64,000 bases of DNA from a bacterium (lineage in GTDB: Bacteria; Patescibacteriota; Minisyncoccia; Phycocordibacterales; UBA2100), in the NCBI GenBank assembly GCA_030647655.1, contig JAUSJH010000002.1, positions 130,445-194,444 on the forward strand, read 5' to 3'. How positions within the stretch are numbered: position 1 is the first letter of the stretch; every line of letters begins with the position of its first letter. Positions 27,955 to 39,278 of this stretch are shown piece after piece. Below the pieces are notes generated by a model, which ran no database searches, had not been told where the DNA came from, and worked only from the letters and a program-made list of their open reading frames with translations. The translations under genes and the position numbers were made by a program.

Positions 27955-28161
27955 ATGTCCGAACCAGAGGTTGTCACGGGAATTGTCGATGAGGCGCTTC
28001 CCAACACCCTTTTTCGCGTAAAACTCGAAGGCGGCGAGATAGTACTTGCGTACCTCGCCGGCAAGATGCGTCTGCACAGAATTAAAGTGCTTGTCGGTGA
28101 TCGTGTTGAAGTACGCTTGGACCCTTACGGCGGGCGGGCGCGGATTACCCGGCGCTCATAA
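27955..28161 (+). CDS. infA: translation initiation factor IF-1
   Basis: [44 protein letters not shown]. Confidence 0.9.
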   Translation: MSEPEVVTGIVDEALPNTLFRVKLEGGEIVLAYLAGKMRLHRIKVLVGDRVEVRLDPYGGRARITRRS

Positions 28162-28171
28162 GACCACCAGC

Positions 28172-28285
28172 ATGAAAGTAAAATCTTCCGTAAAAAAGAT
28201 CTGCGCGCATTGCCGCACCGTCAAGCGCCGAAGGCGCGTCTGGGTCATTTGCACCAATCCGCGGCACAAACAAAGACAAGGATAA
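28172..28285 (+). CDS. rpmJ: 50S ribosomal protein L36
   Basis: [37 protein letters not shown]. Confidence 0.9.
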   Translation: MKVKSSVKKICAHCRTVKRRRRVWVICTNPRHKQRQG

Positions 28286-28286
28286 T

Positions 28287-28670
28287 ATGCTCCGAATAGC
28301 AGGCACCACAGTTCCGGATAATAAACGGCTCGAGATCGGGCTGACTTCTATTTATGGTGTCGGACGCCCGCGCGCACAAATAGTTTTATCTGCTGTCGGT
28401 ATCGAAGGCGGCAAACGACCGAAGGATCTTTCGGCAAAAGAGGAAACGGCGCTACGCGAGGCGATAGAGAAATTCACGCTCGAAGGTGAATTGCGCCGCG
28501 AAATTTCCAGCAACATCCGCCGACTCAAAGATATCAAATCATACCGAGGCAGTCGTCATGCGAAACACCTACCCGCTCGTGGCCAGCGCTCGAAGACTAA
28601 TTCGCGCACGGTGCGCGGCAACGTGCGAAAGACTATGACCTCCGGACGCCGTAAACTGGAAAAGACATAG
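28287..28670 (+). CDS. rpsM: 30S ribosomal protein S13
   Basis: IAGTTVPDNKRLEIGLTSIYGVGRPRA...YRGSRHAKHLPARGQRSKTNSRT. Confidence 0.9.
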   Translation: MLRIAGTTVPDNKRLEIGLTSIYGVGRPRAQIVLSAVGIEGGKRPKDLSAKEETALREAIEKFTLEGELRREISSNIRRLKDIKSYRGSRHAKHLPARGQRSKTNSRTVRGNVRKTMTSGRRKLEKT

Positions 28671-28677
28671 TGAAATC

Positions 28678-29112
28678 ATGGGAAAAAAACGAATAATTCG
28701 AAAAAGTGGAGGGACGGTTGATCAGGGACTTAAATCCCGTTCTCTCGCGCGCATGGCAAAAAAGAATATCGCGTCGGGAACGCTTCATATCCACGCTACA
28801 TACAACAACACGAAAGTACTTCTTTCCGACAAAGAGGGAAATACCATCGCCTGGTCTTCTTCCGGTACGCTCGGTTTTTCAGGCGCCAAGAAAGGAACGC
28901 CATTTGCAGCCGCGAAAGTGGGTGAGCTTGTGGGCGATAAAGCTGCGATAGTAGGAGTCAAAGAGGTCGACGTTGTCATTCGCGGGGTCGGCGCCGGCCG
29001 CGAATCCGCGTTGCGCGGTTTTTCCGGCAAAGGCATCGAGGTTACGCGTATTGCCGACGACACGCCCATCCCGCACAATGGACCGCGCGCTCCAAAACCC
29101 CGCAGAGTTTAA
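28678..29112 (+). CDS. rpsK: 30S ribosomal protein S11
   Basis: IHATYNNTKVLLSDKEGNTIAWSSSGTLGFSGAKKGTPFAA...VIRGVGAGRESALR. Confidence 0.9.
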   Translation: MGKKRIIRKSGGTVDQGLKSRSLARMAKKNIASGTLHIHATYNNTKVLLSDKEGNTIAWSSSGTLGFSGAKKGTPFAAAKVGELVGDKAAIVGVKEVDVVIRGVGAGRESALRGFSGKGIEVTRIADDTPIPHNGPRAPKPRRV

Positions 29113-29127
29113 GTATCAATAAAAACC

Positions 29128-29742
29128 ATGTTGCTCATTAAATCAAAATTCAAGATAGCGAAACGGCTCGGCGCAGCCGTGTTCGAAAAGACGCAGACCC
29201 AGAAGTTCGCGCTCTCCGAGGCCCGCTCTGCCGCTAGCAAGAAAACTCGCGGTCGCGGCGGGAGTGATTACGGCCGCCAGCTTTTGGAAAAGCAGCGCGT
29301 GCGCTATACGTACGGACTCTCCGAGCGCCAACTCTCTAACTACGCACAAGCCGCTTTCGCGGAGCCAGATCCTTCTGCGAGCCTCCATCGCTCTCTTGAG
29401 ATGCGCGCGGACGGCGCGGTCTATCGCGCAGGATTCGCTTCCACACGACGCGCGGCACGTCAGGCAGTGTCCCACGGCCACTTCACCATTAATGGAAAGC
29501 GCATCACGACGCCTTCTTACCGCGTCAAAAAAGGCGACATCATTTCCGTGCGTGAGGGAAGCAAGGGTAGCCCACTCTTTGCGGGACTTGCGGAGAACAA
29601 AGAGAATACTACGCGAGCTGTTCCGCAATGGCTTACGGTCGATATCAATCTCCTGAAAGCGGAAGTGGTCGGCGAGCCGACGTACAACCACATAGAGGCC
29701 GGACTTGATTATTCCACCGTGTTTGAGTTTTACAGCAGATAG
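29128..29742 (+). CDS. rpsD: 30S ribosomal protein S4
   Basis: RVRYTYGLSERQLSNY... and a C-terminal S4 domain (HGHFTINGKRITTPSYRVKKGDIISV). Confidence 0.9.
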   Translation: MLLIKSKFKIAKRLGAAVFEKTQTQKFALSEARSAASKKTRGRGGSDYGRQLLEKQRVRYTYGLSERQLSNYAQAAFAEPDPSASLHRSLEMRADGAVYRAGFASTRRAARQAVSHGHFTINGKRITTPSYRVKKGDIISVREGSKGSPLFAGLAENKENTTRAVPQWLTVDINLLKAEVVGEPTYNHIEAGLDYSTVFEFYSR

Positions 29743-29793
29743 GTGTATAATTGTTGGCGATTTTTACTCATAGCTTGACACTATTATTTTTTT

Positions 29794-30771
29794 ATGTCGG
29801 ATTACCATATCGCATTGCCGAGCAAGCCGCGCGTCGTCTCCGAATCAGAGCGCGGTGGTGTTTATGAAATAGACGGATTGTACCCGGGCTACGGCTACAC
29901 ATTAGGCAATTCTCTCCGTCGCATCATCCTATCCTCGCTCCCTGGTGCTGCCGTGACACACGTGAAAATCCCCGGTGTCGCTCATGAATTTTCGACCATC
30001 GAAGGCGTGAAGGAGGACGTCGTTACTATCCTTCTCAATATCCGCAAAATCCGGCTCAAGCTTTTGACCGACGAGACACAGACCATCCAACTCTCCGTCA
30101 AAGGCCCCAAGGAAGTCACGGCGGCGGACCTCAAATTGCCAGGACAAGTGGAAATACTGAACCCAGAACAGCGCATCGCGGACATCACAGGAAAGGCCAC
30201 TCTCGAAATCGAGTTGCGCGCGGAACGCGGACTGGGCTACATCTCCAAAGAGGCGCACCAGAAAGATCGCGTCGAGATCGGCACGATCGCACTCGACGCG
30301 ATCTTTAGCCCTATTCGCCGCGTCAATTACGAAGTGGAGAACATGCGCGTCGGCGACCGTACTGATTTCAATCGTCTGCGCATCACTATCGAAACCGATG
30401 GTACGATTCCGCCGCGCGAAGCGCTCGAACGCTCCATAGAGACCATGATCCACCAGCTCAAATCAGTCGTCGGATTCAAGGAGGATGAGACGCCGGATGC
30501 GATGACGGGCACGCCAGAGAACGCGCGGAGCGGCCGTGAGGAAAAAGCGACCGCACTCGATGCCGAAGTTCTGAAGACGCGCATCACCGAGCTTTCTCTT
30601 CCCGAGCGTGTCGAGACGGCACTCGACAACGCATCCATCCGCACCGTGGGTGGCCTCGTACGCAAACGAGAAGACGACCTTCTCGCTATCGAGGGCTTGG
30701 GTCAGAAAGGTTTGCAGGACATCAAACGCGCACTCTCCAACATGGGCCTCACGCTCCGGAGCGATAAATAA
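29794..30771 (+). CDS. rpoA: DNA-directed RNA polymerase subunit alpha
   Basis: GYGYTLGNSLRRIILSSLPGAAVTHVKIPGVAHEFSTIEGV; C-terminal domain (LSLPERVETALDNASIRTVGGL). Confidence 0.9.
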   Translation: MSDYHIALPSKPRVVSESERGGVYEIDGLYPGYGYTLGNSLRRIILSSLPGAAVTHVKIPGVAHEFSTIEGVKEDVVTILLNIRKIRLKLLTDETQTIQLSVKGPKEVTAADLKLPGQVEILNPEQRIADITGKATLEIELRAERGLGYISKEAHQKDRVEIGTIALDAIFSPIRRVNYEVENMRVGDRTDFNRLRITIETDGTIPPREALERSIETMIHQLKSVVGFKEDETPDAMTGTPENARSGREEKATALDAEVLKTRITELSLPERVETALDNASIRTVGGLVRKREDDLLAIEGLGQKGLQDIKRALSNMGLTLRSDK

Positions 30772-30772
30772 C

Positions 30773-31159
30773 ATGAGACATCATCAAAAAAACAGGAAAT
30801 TCGGGCGTGTGAAGCGGCAACGTACGGCGCTTTTGCGCTCGCTCGCTCGCTCACTCGTCTTGGAAGAGGGTATTACGACCACGGTCGCGAAAGCCAAAGA
30901 ACTTCGGCCCTTTATCGAGCGCCTTGTTTCCACAAGTAAGAAGAATTCGCTCGCATCGCGTCGTCTTATAGCGTCCCGTTTGGGAGGTGACGAAAGCGTG
31001 GTCAAGAAATTGCATGATATTTTTGCAGAACGATACGCCAAGCGCGCCGGAGGCTACACGCGCATTGTGCGATTGGGCAGGGTCGGAAAGCGTGTCATGG
31101 AGTCAGCGCGCATCGAGTTCATACCAGCCGAAGGCGCCGCCTCCGGCGGAAAAAAATAG
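30773..31159 (+). CDS. rplQ: 50S ribosomal protein L17
   Basis: MRHHQKNRKFGRVKRQRTALLRSLARSLVLEEGITTTVAKAKELRPFIERL. Confidence 0.9.
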   Translation: MRHHQKNRKFGRVKRQRTALLRSLARSLVLEEGITTTVAKAKELRPFIERLVSTSKKNSLASRRLIASRLGGDESVVKKLHDIFAERYAKRAGGYTRIVRLGRVGKRVMESARIEFIPAEGAASGGKK

Positions 31160-31162
31160 CAT

Positions 31163-31516
31163 ATGGACATCCCGACACATACCATTGATGCCGCGGGGCG
31201 AGCGATCGGCCGCGTCGCTTCTGAAGCGGCCAAAGCTCTTATGGGCAAAATGCGTGCGGATTACACGCCCAACAAAAGTTCCGGCGTCAAAGTCTCGGTT
31301 ACCAATGCGAGCAAACTCTACACGCGTGAGCGCAAGCGCACACAAAAGACCTACACCACGTATTCCGGATATCCGGGCGGTCTGAAGCGCGAGAGTCTCG
31401 CAAATCTGAATGCCCGCAAGGGTTACGGAGAAGCGATCCGACGTGCGGTCTCCCGAATGCTCCCGCGCAACACAATGCACACCGCACGCATGAAGAGCCT
31501 CACGATCACCGAATAA
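31163..31516 (+). CDS. rplM: 50S ribosomal protein L13
   Basis: LGRVASEAAKALMGKMRADYTPNKSSGVKVSVTNASK...AVSRMLPRN. Confidence 0.85.
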   Translation: MDIPTHTIDAAGRAIGRVASEAAKALMGKMRADYTPNKSSGVKVSVTNASKLYTRERKRTQKTYTTYSGYPGGLKRESLANLNARKGYGEAIRRAVSRMLPRNTMHTARMKSLTITE

Positions 31517-31519
31517 TAT

Positions 31520-31912
31520 ATGGCTACAGCGAGATACACGGAGGCAGTGGGGCGCAGGAAGACCGCCACCGCGCGCGTACGAATCACACCGTCTAAGAAC
31601 ACGACCATGGTTGTCAACGGCATGGACGCAAAGGATTATTTTCCTCTCAATATCATGATGAAGACAGCCTACGAGCCGCTTGCGCTCCTTGGGGCGACGT
31701 ACACGGTAACCGCAAAGGTTTCCGGCGGCGGCAAAAAGGCCCAAGCGGAGTCCATACGCCTTGGCATTTCCCGCGCAATGACTGAAATTGTCCCCGAACA
31801 ACGCAAGGACCTCAAAGTCCGCGGCTTCCTCAAGCGGGACCCACGCTCTAGAGAGCGCAAGAAGTTCGGTCTCAAAGGCGCTCGCAGAGCACCGCAGTGG
31901 AGTAAACGTTAA
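31520..31912 (+). CDS. rpsI: 30S ribosomal protein S9
   Basis: GRRKTATARVRITPSK...KKFGLKGARRAPQWSKR. Confidence 0.9.
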   Translation: MATARYTEAVGRRKTATARVRITPSKNTTMVVNGMDAKDYFPLNIMMKTAYEPLALLGATYTVTAKVSGGGKKAQAESIRLGISRAMTEIVPEQRKDLKVRGFLKRDPRSRERKKFGLKGARRAPQWSKR

Positions 31913-31920
31913 AAGGGAAA

Positions 31921-31953
31921 GGAGGTGCCGCGAGTTGAAGCGCAGCACCTCCT
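31921..31953 (+). terminator. hairpin after rpsI
   Basis: GGAGGTGC...GCACCTCC stem; no clear U-tract. Confidence 0.35.
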
Positions 31954-32067
31954 CCGTCGTCGGATGAGAGAATCACCCTCGGACATACCCGCAACGCAGC
32001 GGGCAACTCGTTCCCGCGTAGAAACTATCACATAGAGCAGCGCGAAGCAATTTGCTATACTCGTCTC

Positions 32068-32610
32068 ATGAAGAAACACTCCGACAACAACGATGTGAAT
32101 TTTGAACCCGAGGAAGAACTCGGGGATGTTGCCGCGGTACAGGCGAAGTTCAAAAAACTCAAGGATGAGCTTACGAAGGTGAAGCAGGAGAAGCAGGAAT
32201 ACTTGGACGGCTGGCAGAGGTGCAAAGCCGATAGTATCAACGCCAAAAAAGATTCGGAAATGCGCTCGGGTCGTACTGCCGAGCTTCTGCGTGAGGCTCT
32301 AGTACACGACATTATTCCCGCGCTCGATAGCTTCGATATGGCAGCGGGAAGCGAGGCGTGGGTGGAGATCTCCGATGGTTGGAAAAGTGGCATGGAGCTC
32401 GTCCGCGACCAGCTCATCGAGGCCCTCAGGCGTCACGGCGTCGAGCGGTTCGGGAAAGTCGGTGACACATTCGACCACGCGCTCTATGAGGCGGTAGAGG
32501 AGCGTGACGATGTCGCGGGAGAAGCGGGAACCGTCGCGCGAATTCTGCGGTATGGCTACAAAGCTGGAAAACGAATTTTGCGCCCCGCGCAGGTCATCGT
32601 AAAGTCGTAA
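32068..32610 (+). CDS. grpE: nucleotide exchange factor GrpE
   Basis: Coiled-coil N-terminus and the GrpE C-terminal beta domain ([12 protein letters not shown]...[23 protein letters not shown]). Confidence 0.85.
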   Translation: MKKHSDNNDVNFEPEEELGDVAAVQAKFKKLKDELTKVKQEKQEYLDGWQRCKADSINAKKDSEMRSGRTAELLREALVHDIIPALDSFDMAAGSEAWVEISDGWKSGMELVRDQLIEALRRHGVERFGKVGDTFDHALYEAVEERDDVAGEAGTVARILRYGYKAGKRILRPAQVIVKS

Positions 32611-32656
32611 TCGAAAAAGATTGACAAGCGTCTCCATAAAACTAGAATCATTACCT

Positions 32657-34522
32657 ATGGCAAAAATACTCGGAATAGATTTGGGTACGACGAACTCCGC
32701 AGTGGCGGTGGTTAAGGGCGGTGAGCCGGAAATTATAGAGAATGCAGAGGGCGCACGCACAACCCCTTCGGTCGTCGCACTCTCGAAAACAGGCGAGCGA
32801 TTGGTGGGCCTTTTGGCCAAACGACAAGCGGTCACCAATCCAAAGAATACCGTCTACCAAATGAAGCGTTTCATCGGGCACAATTTTGACGAGCCGCTTG
32901 TAGCAAAAGACCGTGCGGCCGTGCCTTTCGAAACGAAAAAGTCGGCAAATGGGGGGCTGGAGGTGAAGATGGGAGATAAATGGTACCGACCGGAGGAGCT
33001 TTCGGCGATGGTACTGCAAAAATTGAAACAGGACGCCGAAGTACGTCTGGGTGAAAAGATAACGGAGGCCGTCATAACCGTGCCGGCATACTTCAACGAC
33101 GCCCAGCGGCAGGCGACCAAAGACGCAGGCAAAATCGCGGGCTTGGACGTTAAGCGCATTATCAACGAGCCGACAGCGGCCGCACTTGCCTATGGCTTCA
33201 ATAAGAAGAAGAACGAGAAAATAGCCGTCTTCGACTTCGGCGGCGGCACATTTGATATTTCCGTGCTTGAAGTGGGAGACGACGTCATCGAGGTACGCTC
33301 GACCGACGGTGACGCGCACTTGGGCGGTAAGGATATCGACCAGAAAATAATGGACTGGCTTGCGGACCAGTTCAAGAAAGAATCCGGTGTCGATGTACGC
33401 AACGATCCATTGGCGCGCCAACGCCTCGATGAGGCGGCGGAAAAAGCGAAAATCGAGCTTTCGAGCGCTGTGGACACAGAAGTAAACATCCCTTTTATAA
33501 CCTCGACCGATGCGGGGCCCCAGCACCTCCTCATCAAAATGAGTCGTGCGAAGCTGGAAGAACTCTCGAACGAATTTGTGGAGCGCGCGATGGCCATTAC
33601 CAAGCGCGCGATGGAAGCGTCTCCTTTCAAGGTAGGCGACTTACAGGAAGTGATACTGGTCGGAGGCCAGACGCGCATGCCAGCCATGCAACAGGCCGTA
33701 GAGAAATTCTTCGGCAGGAAGCCCAACATGACGGTAAATCCCGACGAAGTCGTTGCGATAGGCGCGGCTATTCAGGGCGGTATTTTGCAGGGAGATGTGA
33801 AGGACGTGCTTCTACTTGATGTCATCCCGCTTTCTCTCGGCATCGAGACTATGGGCGGAGTGGCGACGAAGCTTATAGAGCGCAATACGACCATCCCTAC
33901 CTCGCGCTCACAAACATTTTCGACCGCTTCGGACAACCAGCCTTCAGTGGAGATACACGTGGTGCAAGGCGAGCGGCCGATGGCGGGAGACAACAAATCG
34001 CTGGGCAAATTTAATCTCGATGGCATCGCGCCGGCCCCCCGCGGCATGCCGCAGGTAGAGGTGTCTTTCGATATTGATGCCAACGGTATTCTCACCGTAA
34101 AAGCCAAGGACAAATCCACGAGCAAGGAGCAATCTATCCGCATCGAAGGCTCGTCCGGTCTTTCGGAAGCCGACATCGAGAAGATGCGCAAAGACGCCGA
34201 AGTAAATGCCGATACGGACAAAAAGAAACACGAACTTGTCGAAGCGCAAAATGCCGCCGATCAGGTAATGTATGCCGGCGAGAAGGCGCTGAAGGAGCAC
34301 GGAGACAAGGTGAGCGATGATATCAAGAAGAACGTGCAAGAAAAAATAGACGCAGTTAAAGCCGCGCGCGGAAGCAACGACGCCGCAACAATCAAGAGTG
34401 CCGCCGACGCCCTCTCTACCGCCATGAGCACCATAGGTGAGGCCATGTCCAAGAATCAACAGCAGACTCCACCTCCTGAACCGCCGAAAGATGACCAGAA
34501 GCCACCGGAAAATACTGCTTGA
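32657..34522 (+). CDS. dnaK: molecular chaperone DnaK
   Basis: [31 protein letters not shown], and a full Hsp70 architecture. Confidence 0.95.
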   Translation: MAKILGIDLGTTNSAVAVVKGGEPEIIENAEGARTTPSVVALSKTGERLVGLLAKRQAVTNPKNTVYQMKRFIGHNFDEPLVAKDRAAVPFETKKSANGGLEVKMGDKWYRPEELSAMVLQKLKQDAEVRLGEKITEAVITVPAYFNDAQRQATKDAGKIAGLDVKRIINEPTAAALAYGFNKKKNEKIAVFDFGGGTFDISVLEVGDDVIEVRSTDGDAHLGGKDIDQKIMDWLADQFKKESGVDVRNDPLARQRLDEAAEKAKIELSSAVDTEVNIPFITSTDAGPQHLLIKMSRAKLEELSNEFVERAMAITKRAMEASPFKVGDLQEVILVGGQTRMPAMQQAVEKFFGRKPNMTVNPDEVVAIGAAIQGGILQGDVKDVLLLDVIPLSLGIETMGGVATKLIERNTTIPTSRSQTFSTASDNQPSVEIHVVQGERPMAGDNKSLGKFNLDGIAPAPRGMPQVEVSFDIDANGILTVKAKDKSTSKEQSIRIEGSSGLSEADIEKMRKDAEVNADTDKKKHELVEAQNAADQVMYAGEKALKEHGDKVSDDIKKNVQEKIDAVKAARGSNDAATIKSAADALSTAMSTIGEAMSKNQQQTPPPEPPKDDQKPPENTA

Positions 34523-34571
34523 AGAATTGGCGAGCAGGTATATAGTTGGCAAACACTGCCACAGGAGGGCC

Positions 34572-34871
34572 ATGATGACCGGAATAGTCCAACTGACTAC
34601 GCTCGTCGCTGCCTGCGTGTGCATTGCGATCTTTCTCACGTCGTTCGCATCCGCGGGTTTGCACTACAAGAATCAAGACTCAGAATCGCAAGGGTTATTA
34701 TTGATTTGCATCGCGTTGATCGCTCTCAACATGCTCATCACGATGAACTTCCCCGTCCTAATGTTTTCGATGATCGTCGGAATATCGGGATGGGTACTTG
34801 CGACTATTCTGAAGAACATATTCGGCGTGCCAGCCGTTTTTGTCGTGTCGCAGGCGCAACCGACGAGGTGA
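34572..34871 (+). CDS. hypothetical small membrane protein
   Basis: Three hydrophobic helices; starts at an internal MM; low support. Confidence 0.3.
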   Translation: MMTGIVQLTTLVAACVCIAIFLTSFASAGLHYKNQDSESQGLLLICIALIALNMLITMNFPVLMFSMIVGISGWVLATILKNIFGVPAVFVVSQAQPTR

Positions 34872-34974
34872 CCGAGCTGTCCGGCTGAATCGCAGTCGAG
34901 ATGAGCGTATCATCGAAGGGTGCCGGCTAGCGCCGGCACCCTTTTGCTTTGCAAGTCTTTTTCGAGTAGTATGA

Positions 34975-36069
34975 ATGAATCATATGAAGAATTACTATGA
35001 CCTGTTGGGCATAGCCAAGGCGGCGAATGATGAGGAGATAAAGAGCGCGTTCAGAAAACTGGCTCACAAGTATCATCCGGACAAGAAAGGCGGGAATGAG
35101 GCGAAATTTAAAGAGGTGAGTGAGGCGTATGCCGTGCTTTCCGATAAAAAGAAACGCGCCGAGTACGACACCTACGGCAAGACCTTCGCCGGCGGCGGCC
35201 CACAGCAAGGTGGATTCGGCGGTTTCGACTTCTCAAACTTTTCCGCCGGAGGCGGATCGGCTTTTGGCGGACAAGGAGGACAGGCATTCGAATTCGACCT
35301 CGGCGATATCTTTGGCGATGTGTTCGGCGGAGGCCAGAGCCGCGCGAAGAGAGGTCGCGACATTTCGATAGATATCGAGCTTTCATTCCGCGAAAGCATA
35401 TTTGGTGCGGAGCGCAGGGTTCTTCTCTCAAAGATGAGCACGTGCGACGTCTGCAGTGGCACGGGTGCCAAGAAAGGCGCGAAGATGGTCACATGCACAA
35501 GCTGCAACGGCAAGGGTGAGATACGCGAGTCGCGTAATTCTTTTTTCGGCACGTTCACATCCTCACGCGCCTGCCCAAGGTGTAGCGGGCGCGGAGAGAT
35601 ACCAGAGACTCCGTGTGAATCGTGCCGAGGCGAGGGCATTCGCAAGCGTGAGGAGGAGATACATGTGGTGGTGCCCGCGGGAGTAGAAGATGGCGAGATG
35701 ATACGTATGCCCGGTCGCGGCGAAGCGGCGACAGGGGCGAGCGCCGGAGATCTCTATGTCAAGCTTCACATCAAGCGCGATGCCAAATTCTCACGCGAGG
35801 GCAACAATCTCATCACGTCGCTCCCCATCAAGCTCACAGACGCGCTTTTGGGCGGCGAATACCGCATTGCGACACTCGATGGTGAAGAAACTGTCTCTGT
35901 GCCGAGCGGCGTTGCTCACGGAGAGGTTATACGTGTGCGGGGAAAAGGAGTTCCGCACGGCCGCGGCAACCGCGGTGACTTGCTGGTTCGCATCGATATC
36001 GAATTTCCGAAGAAACTTTCCAAGAACGCCCGTGAATTGATAGAAAAATTACGCACCGAAGGACTCTGA
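34975..36069 (+). CDS. dnaJ: molecular chaperone DnaJ
   Basis: J-domain with HPD (YHPDK), a G/F-rich region, and four CxxCxGxG zinc-finger repeats. Confidence 0.9.
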   Translation: MNHMKNYYDLLGIAKAANDEEIKSAFRKLAHKYHPDKKGGNEAKFKEVSEAYAVLSDKKKRAEYDTYGKTFAGGGPQQGGFGGFDFSNFSAGGGSAFGGQGGQAFEFDLGDIFGDVFGGGQSRAKRGRDISIDIELSFRESIFGAERRVLLSKMSTCDVCSGTGAKKGAKMVTCTSCNGKGEIRESRNSFFGTFTSSRACPRCSGRGEIPETPCESCRGEGIRKREEEIHVVVPAGVEDGEMIRMPGRGEAATGASAGDLYVKLHIKRDAKFSREGNNLITSLPIKLTDALLGGEYRIATLDGEETVSVPSGVAHGEVIRVRGKGVPHGRGNRGDLLVRIDIEFPKKLSKNARELIEKLRTEGL

Positions 36070-36108
36070 AACTGTTCGCGCGCGATAATAGTGTAGTAAA
36101 ATAGGCGG

Positions 36109-36597
36109 ATGGATTTTAACGCGTGGGGAGTGGCGTTTTCACATTGGCCGACTGATTGGATAATCATCGGTGCGTTCGCGGCATTCGCCGCACTCGACAC
36201 AATGAGGAGCGGAACCGCACGCGCGGCCGCTCTTATGCTCTCTCTTCCCGCGACGCTCTTTCTCGTCGGCGTACTCCCCAAGGCCGCGCTCATCGGGCCA
36301 GCGTCCGCCCAATTCACGGCACCGCTTGCACAACTCGCCATTTTCGCGGTTATCTTCGCCGCGCTCTACGTCGTCGCGCATCGCGCCATATTTACCTATT
36401 CCGACGGCGCGAGCGTGGTGCAAGCCCTCATCGCTGGTCTCGCGGCGACAATCGTCCTCGTGGTCGTCTTCCTACAAATTCCCGCACTGCAATCGCTATG
36501 GCACGTGGGAGGAAGCGTGCAGATGGTGTTCGGCGAAGCCTACCGCTTCTGGTGGCTCGTGGGCGCCTACAGCGCCCTCGCGTTCGTCCGTAGTTAA
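36109..36597 (+). CDS. hypothetical membrane protein
   Basis: Four or five TM helices; no family recognised. Confidence 0.4.
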   Translation: MDFNAWGVAFSHWPTDWIIIGAFAAFAALDTMRSGTARAAALMLSLPATLFLVGVLPKAALIGPASAQFTAPLAQLAIFAVIFAALYVVAHRAIFTYSDGASVVQALIAGLAATIVLVVVFLQIPALQSLWHVGGSVQMVFGEAYRFWWLVGAYSALAFVRS

Positions 36598-36611
36598 GAA
36601 ACTAAACCATT

Positions 36612-38057
36612 CTACTTTCCAATCGTTGTAAAGGCGCCTCCACTTATTGTAATGATTGAGCCAGCGTAGAACGGCGAACCGGTGTCTCCGTCCGTCGTGC
36701 CGTCGCTTGTGATGAATGCCGAGTGCGCACCCTCGACGTCGGTATTACCAGACGGAGAGACGCCGAGGCCGAATCCATACAGATTTCCATCAAAACCGAG
36801 CTCGTCGTTTATATCTCGGATGTCGAATTGGACGGTGCGATTTGAGCCTGTCGTTTTGATATCTCCTTGCACATACACATCAATACTGTCGCCTTTTTTG
36901 ACAACGATACCCGGATCTAAAAGGGTTACATACTCTTTTTCGGAGTACGGGCTCACGAAGGTCGGGTACATAGCACCATCCACGACGGTTTGCACATTAT
37001 CGATGTCGTATCGACCCGCCGTACCCGATTGTGTCCAGATGATGGAAGTAAAGGTGATGTCTTCTTGCGAATTCGCGGTAACCCTGATGCCCGAAAACTT
37101 CACACCTGTCTCGTTGATATAGCGTGTGAGCGCAGTCCCAGGGTCGTAGGATGAGCGTATCGCGGTCGCGCCGCCGATGGCGAGTGAACTATTGAGCGTC
37201 TGCGGCGTACCCTTAAGCGGCAGGGTGCCTTCCACAGGGGACGAAGCACTGATACTCGCGAGCTGGATGACCGGAGTTTGGCCGTCATAGCTCGAGAGAT
37301 CGGCGTTCATGTTGGCGTAGACCTCGAGCGTCTGCTTGGAGCCGGCTGGAACGGTGAATGACCTTCTGAACGTCGCTCGATGAGTAGAGTTCAGCGACAC
37401 GACATTGCCGATTTGCAAACCTTGCTCGTCCCAGAGGCCGAAGTTCGCGAACGCCCCGTCGGCACCTATCCCCGTACGTTCGATAACGACCTCTCGCACG
37501 ACGACATCCGTGCTCCCAGCCTCCAGAGTAAAGCTTAAGAAAAGAACGCCAGCACCTTGCGGTGCGAGAGAAGGCTCCGGCTGGCCGGGGTCGCTCACGG
37601 TAAGTGTATCGGAGACTGGGACCGCGGCTGCGGCCGATGCGAGCTGTGTCATCGGGGAGGTGAATGTGTTCTGCGATGCATTCGGAGCGACGCAGAGCGA
37701 GTTCAGCATCGCACGCGTCGAAGGTCCGACGATACCTGTGCCGGCGGAGAGACCGTTCGGCGTCAAAATGTCGTCTGCATATTTCTCTTGGAACTTAACG
37801 ACGGCCTTGGCTGTGCGTGGGCCGAATGTGGTGGACTCCATTCCTGATGAGCCCGCGCCCGAAAGTGCGACCGCGGTCTCGGCGCTCGCGTTCAAGAATT
37901 GCTGCAGTTTCATCACGTCCTGACCCGTAGCACCTACCTTAAGCGGTCGTAGCCACGAATATGGGCAGACGTCCGGGGGACCTTCGGCATGTACCATCGG
38001 CGCAGCGAAGAGCGTAATGAGAAGAAGAAAAGGAAAGGCAAGAGGCACGCTTTTCAT
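36612..38057 (-). CDS. secreted protein with N-terminal peptidoglycan-binding (PG_binding_1) domain and large beta-rich C-terminal domain
   Basis: Signal peptide MKSVPLAFPFLLLITLFAAPMVHA, then GATGQDVMKLQQFLN...GPRTAKAVVKFQE (PG_binding_1). Confidence 0.6.
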   Translation of the reverse strand: MKSVPLAFPFLLLITLFAAPMVHAEGPPDVCPYSWLRPLKVGATGQDVMKLQQFLNASAETAVALSGAGSSGMESTTFGPRTAKAVVKFQEKYADDILTPNGLSAGTGIVGPSTRAMLNSLCVAPNASQNTFTSPMTQLASAAAAVPVSDTLTVSDPGQPEPSLAPQGAGVLFLSFTLEAGSTDVVVREVVIERTGIGADGAFANFGLWDEQGLQIGNVVSLNSTHRATFRRSFTVPAGSKQTLEVYANMNADLSSYDGQTPVIQLASISASSPVEGTLPLKGTPQTLNSSLAIGGATAIRSSYDPGTALTRYINETGVKFSGIRVTANSQEDITFTSIIWTQSGTAGRYDIDNVQTVVDGAMYPTFVSPYSEKEYVTLLDPGIVVKKGDSIDVYVQGDIKTTGSNRTVQFDIRDINDELGFDGNLYGFGLGVSPSGNTDVEGAHSAFITSDGTTDGDTGSPFYAGSIITISGGAFTTIGK

Positions 38058-38133
38058 GTGGCTCCATTATATACCCGCGCAATAGGAACTATGGAGGTGC
38101 TGTGTGTAGCGCAAATGGGGATATAATCCGACG

Positions 38134-38778
38134 ATGGTCATCGTAGAACTTGGGATCATCGCGGCTTCTCTTCAGGCCGCTGGGTACTTTTTCTACGGCG
38201 CTCGCATGTTGAGGAGAGATATTTTGCCTAATCCCACCTCATGGCTCATGTTCGCCTATGGCACGACCTTAATCCTCATTCTCGAATGGGACCGCGATGC
38301 GAGCCTCGCCCTCTTGATACTCCCGGCTACGTGCGCCATTTCGAGCATCGTGGTCGCGCTCTACGCGCTACGCGGCGCCCGCTCGTGGCTGCCGGAACAC
38401 CCATTCGACCGTTTTTCTTTCGCCTTCGACATCCTGCTCACCCTCGTCTATCTATTTACTTGGTTCCTACTGGTGAATGGATTCATTGTAGAAACCCAAA
38501 AAAACTTAGCTGATATTATTATCCTCGTGTCGTGGAATATTGACATCTCGGCGTTCTTCCCACTCCTACGGCAAGTTTATCGGCATCCGCACACCGAGCA
38601 CGCGATGCCGTGGATCGTCTGGACAGGCGCGTATAGCGTACTTGTACTCGCCACCGTAATCGAGACGGGTATATTCAACGAGCTCATACTCTATCCCTTC
38701 ATAAACATGATCATCCATGGATCCATCGCCATCAGAGTCGGCTTGTGGCATTGGATGCGTTCGCAACCTATAATCTGA
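38134..38778 (+). CDS. hypothetical polytopic membrane protein
   Basis: Six or seven TM helices; no family recognised. Confidence 0.45.
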   Translation: MVIVELGIIAASLQAAGYFFYGARMLRRDILPNPTSWLMFAYGTTLILILEWDRDASLALLILPATCAISSIVVALYALRGARSWLPEHPFDRFSFAFDILLTLVYLFTWFLLVNGFIVETQKNLADIIILVSWNIDISAFFPLLRQVYRHPHTEHAMPWIVWTGAYSVLVLATVIETGIFNELILYPFINMIIHGSIAIRVGLWHWMRSQPII

Positions 38779-38783
38779 CGACG

Positions 38784-39278
38784 ATGAAGAAAGTAGCCGT
38801 ACTTCGGAGCAAAATACACGGCAAGGGTTTTTTTGTTGTGAAACCTACCAAAAAAGGAGCTGTCGTCGGCATCCTGCGGGGTAAACTCCGCAAGAACGTA
38901 AGAGTAAGCAGGAACGGGAGAGACGCTTCTTCCCATCCCGATTGGATTGGCATCGGGGAAAATACGTGGCTCGATCCGAGTCCTCCATATAAATTCATCA
39001 ACCACTCGTGTAATCCCTCTGCGGGTATCAAAGGCAAAGTGACGATGATTGCGCAACGGAATCTGAAGGCAGGAGACGAAGTTACACTCGACTATTCCAC
39101 CATAGAAGAGGACACGCGCTGGCATATGAAGTGTTCCTGCAGAAGCAGGAACTGTCGAAAAGTCATCCGCTCTATCCAATTTTTGCCATATACTACGTAT
39201 AAGAGGTATCTGCCGTACATTCCGGCATACTTCCAGAAACTCTATTCAAAAGCTAGAAGTAATAGGAAGAGCGTATGA
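38784..39278 (+). CDS. SET-domain protein (putative protein-lysine methyltransferase) with post-SET Cys cluster
   Basis: GKGFFVVKPTKKGAVVG..., FINHSCNPS (the NHSC SET motif), EVTLDY, and CSCRSRNCRK. Confidence 0.7.
   Translation: MKKVAVLRSKIHGKGFFVVKPTKKGAVVGILRGKLRKNVRVSRNGRDASSHPDWIGIGENTWLDPSPPYKFINHSCNPSAGIKGKVTMIAQRNLKAGDEVTLDYSTIEEDTRWHMKCSCRSRNCRKVIRSIQFLPYTTYKRYLPYIPAYFQKLYSKARSNRKSV

Noticed and set aside
32651-33526. A 291-aa minus-strand ORF inside dnaK.
   Set aside because: It is antisense to the unambiguous dnaK gene and shows no recognisable homology; it is an antisense artefact of the high-GC dnaK frame.
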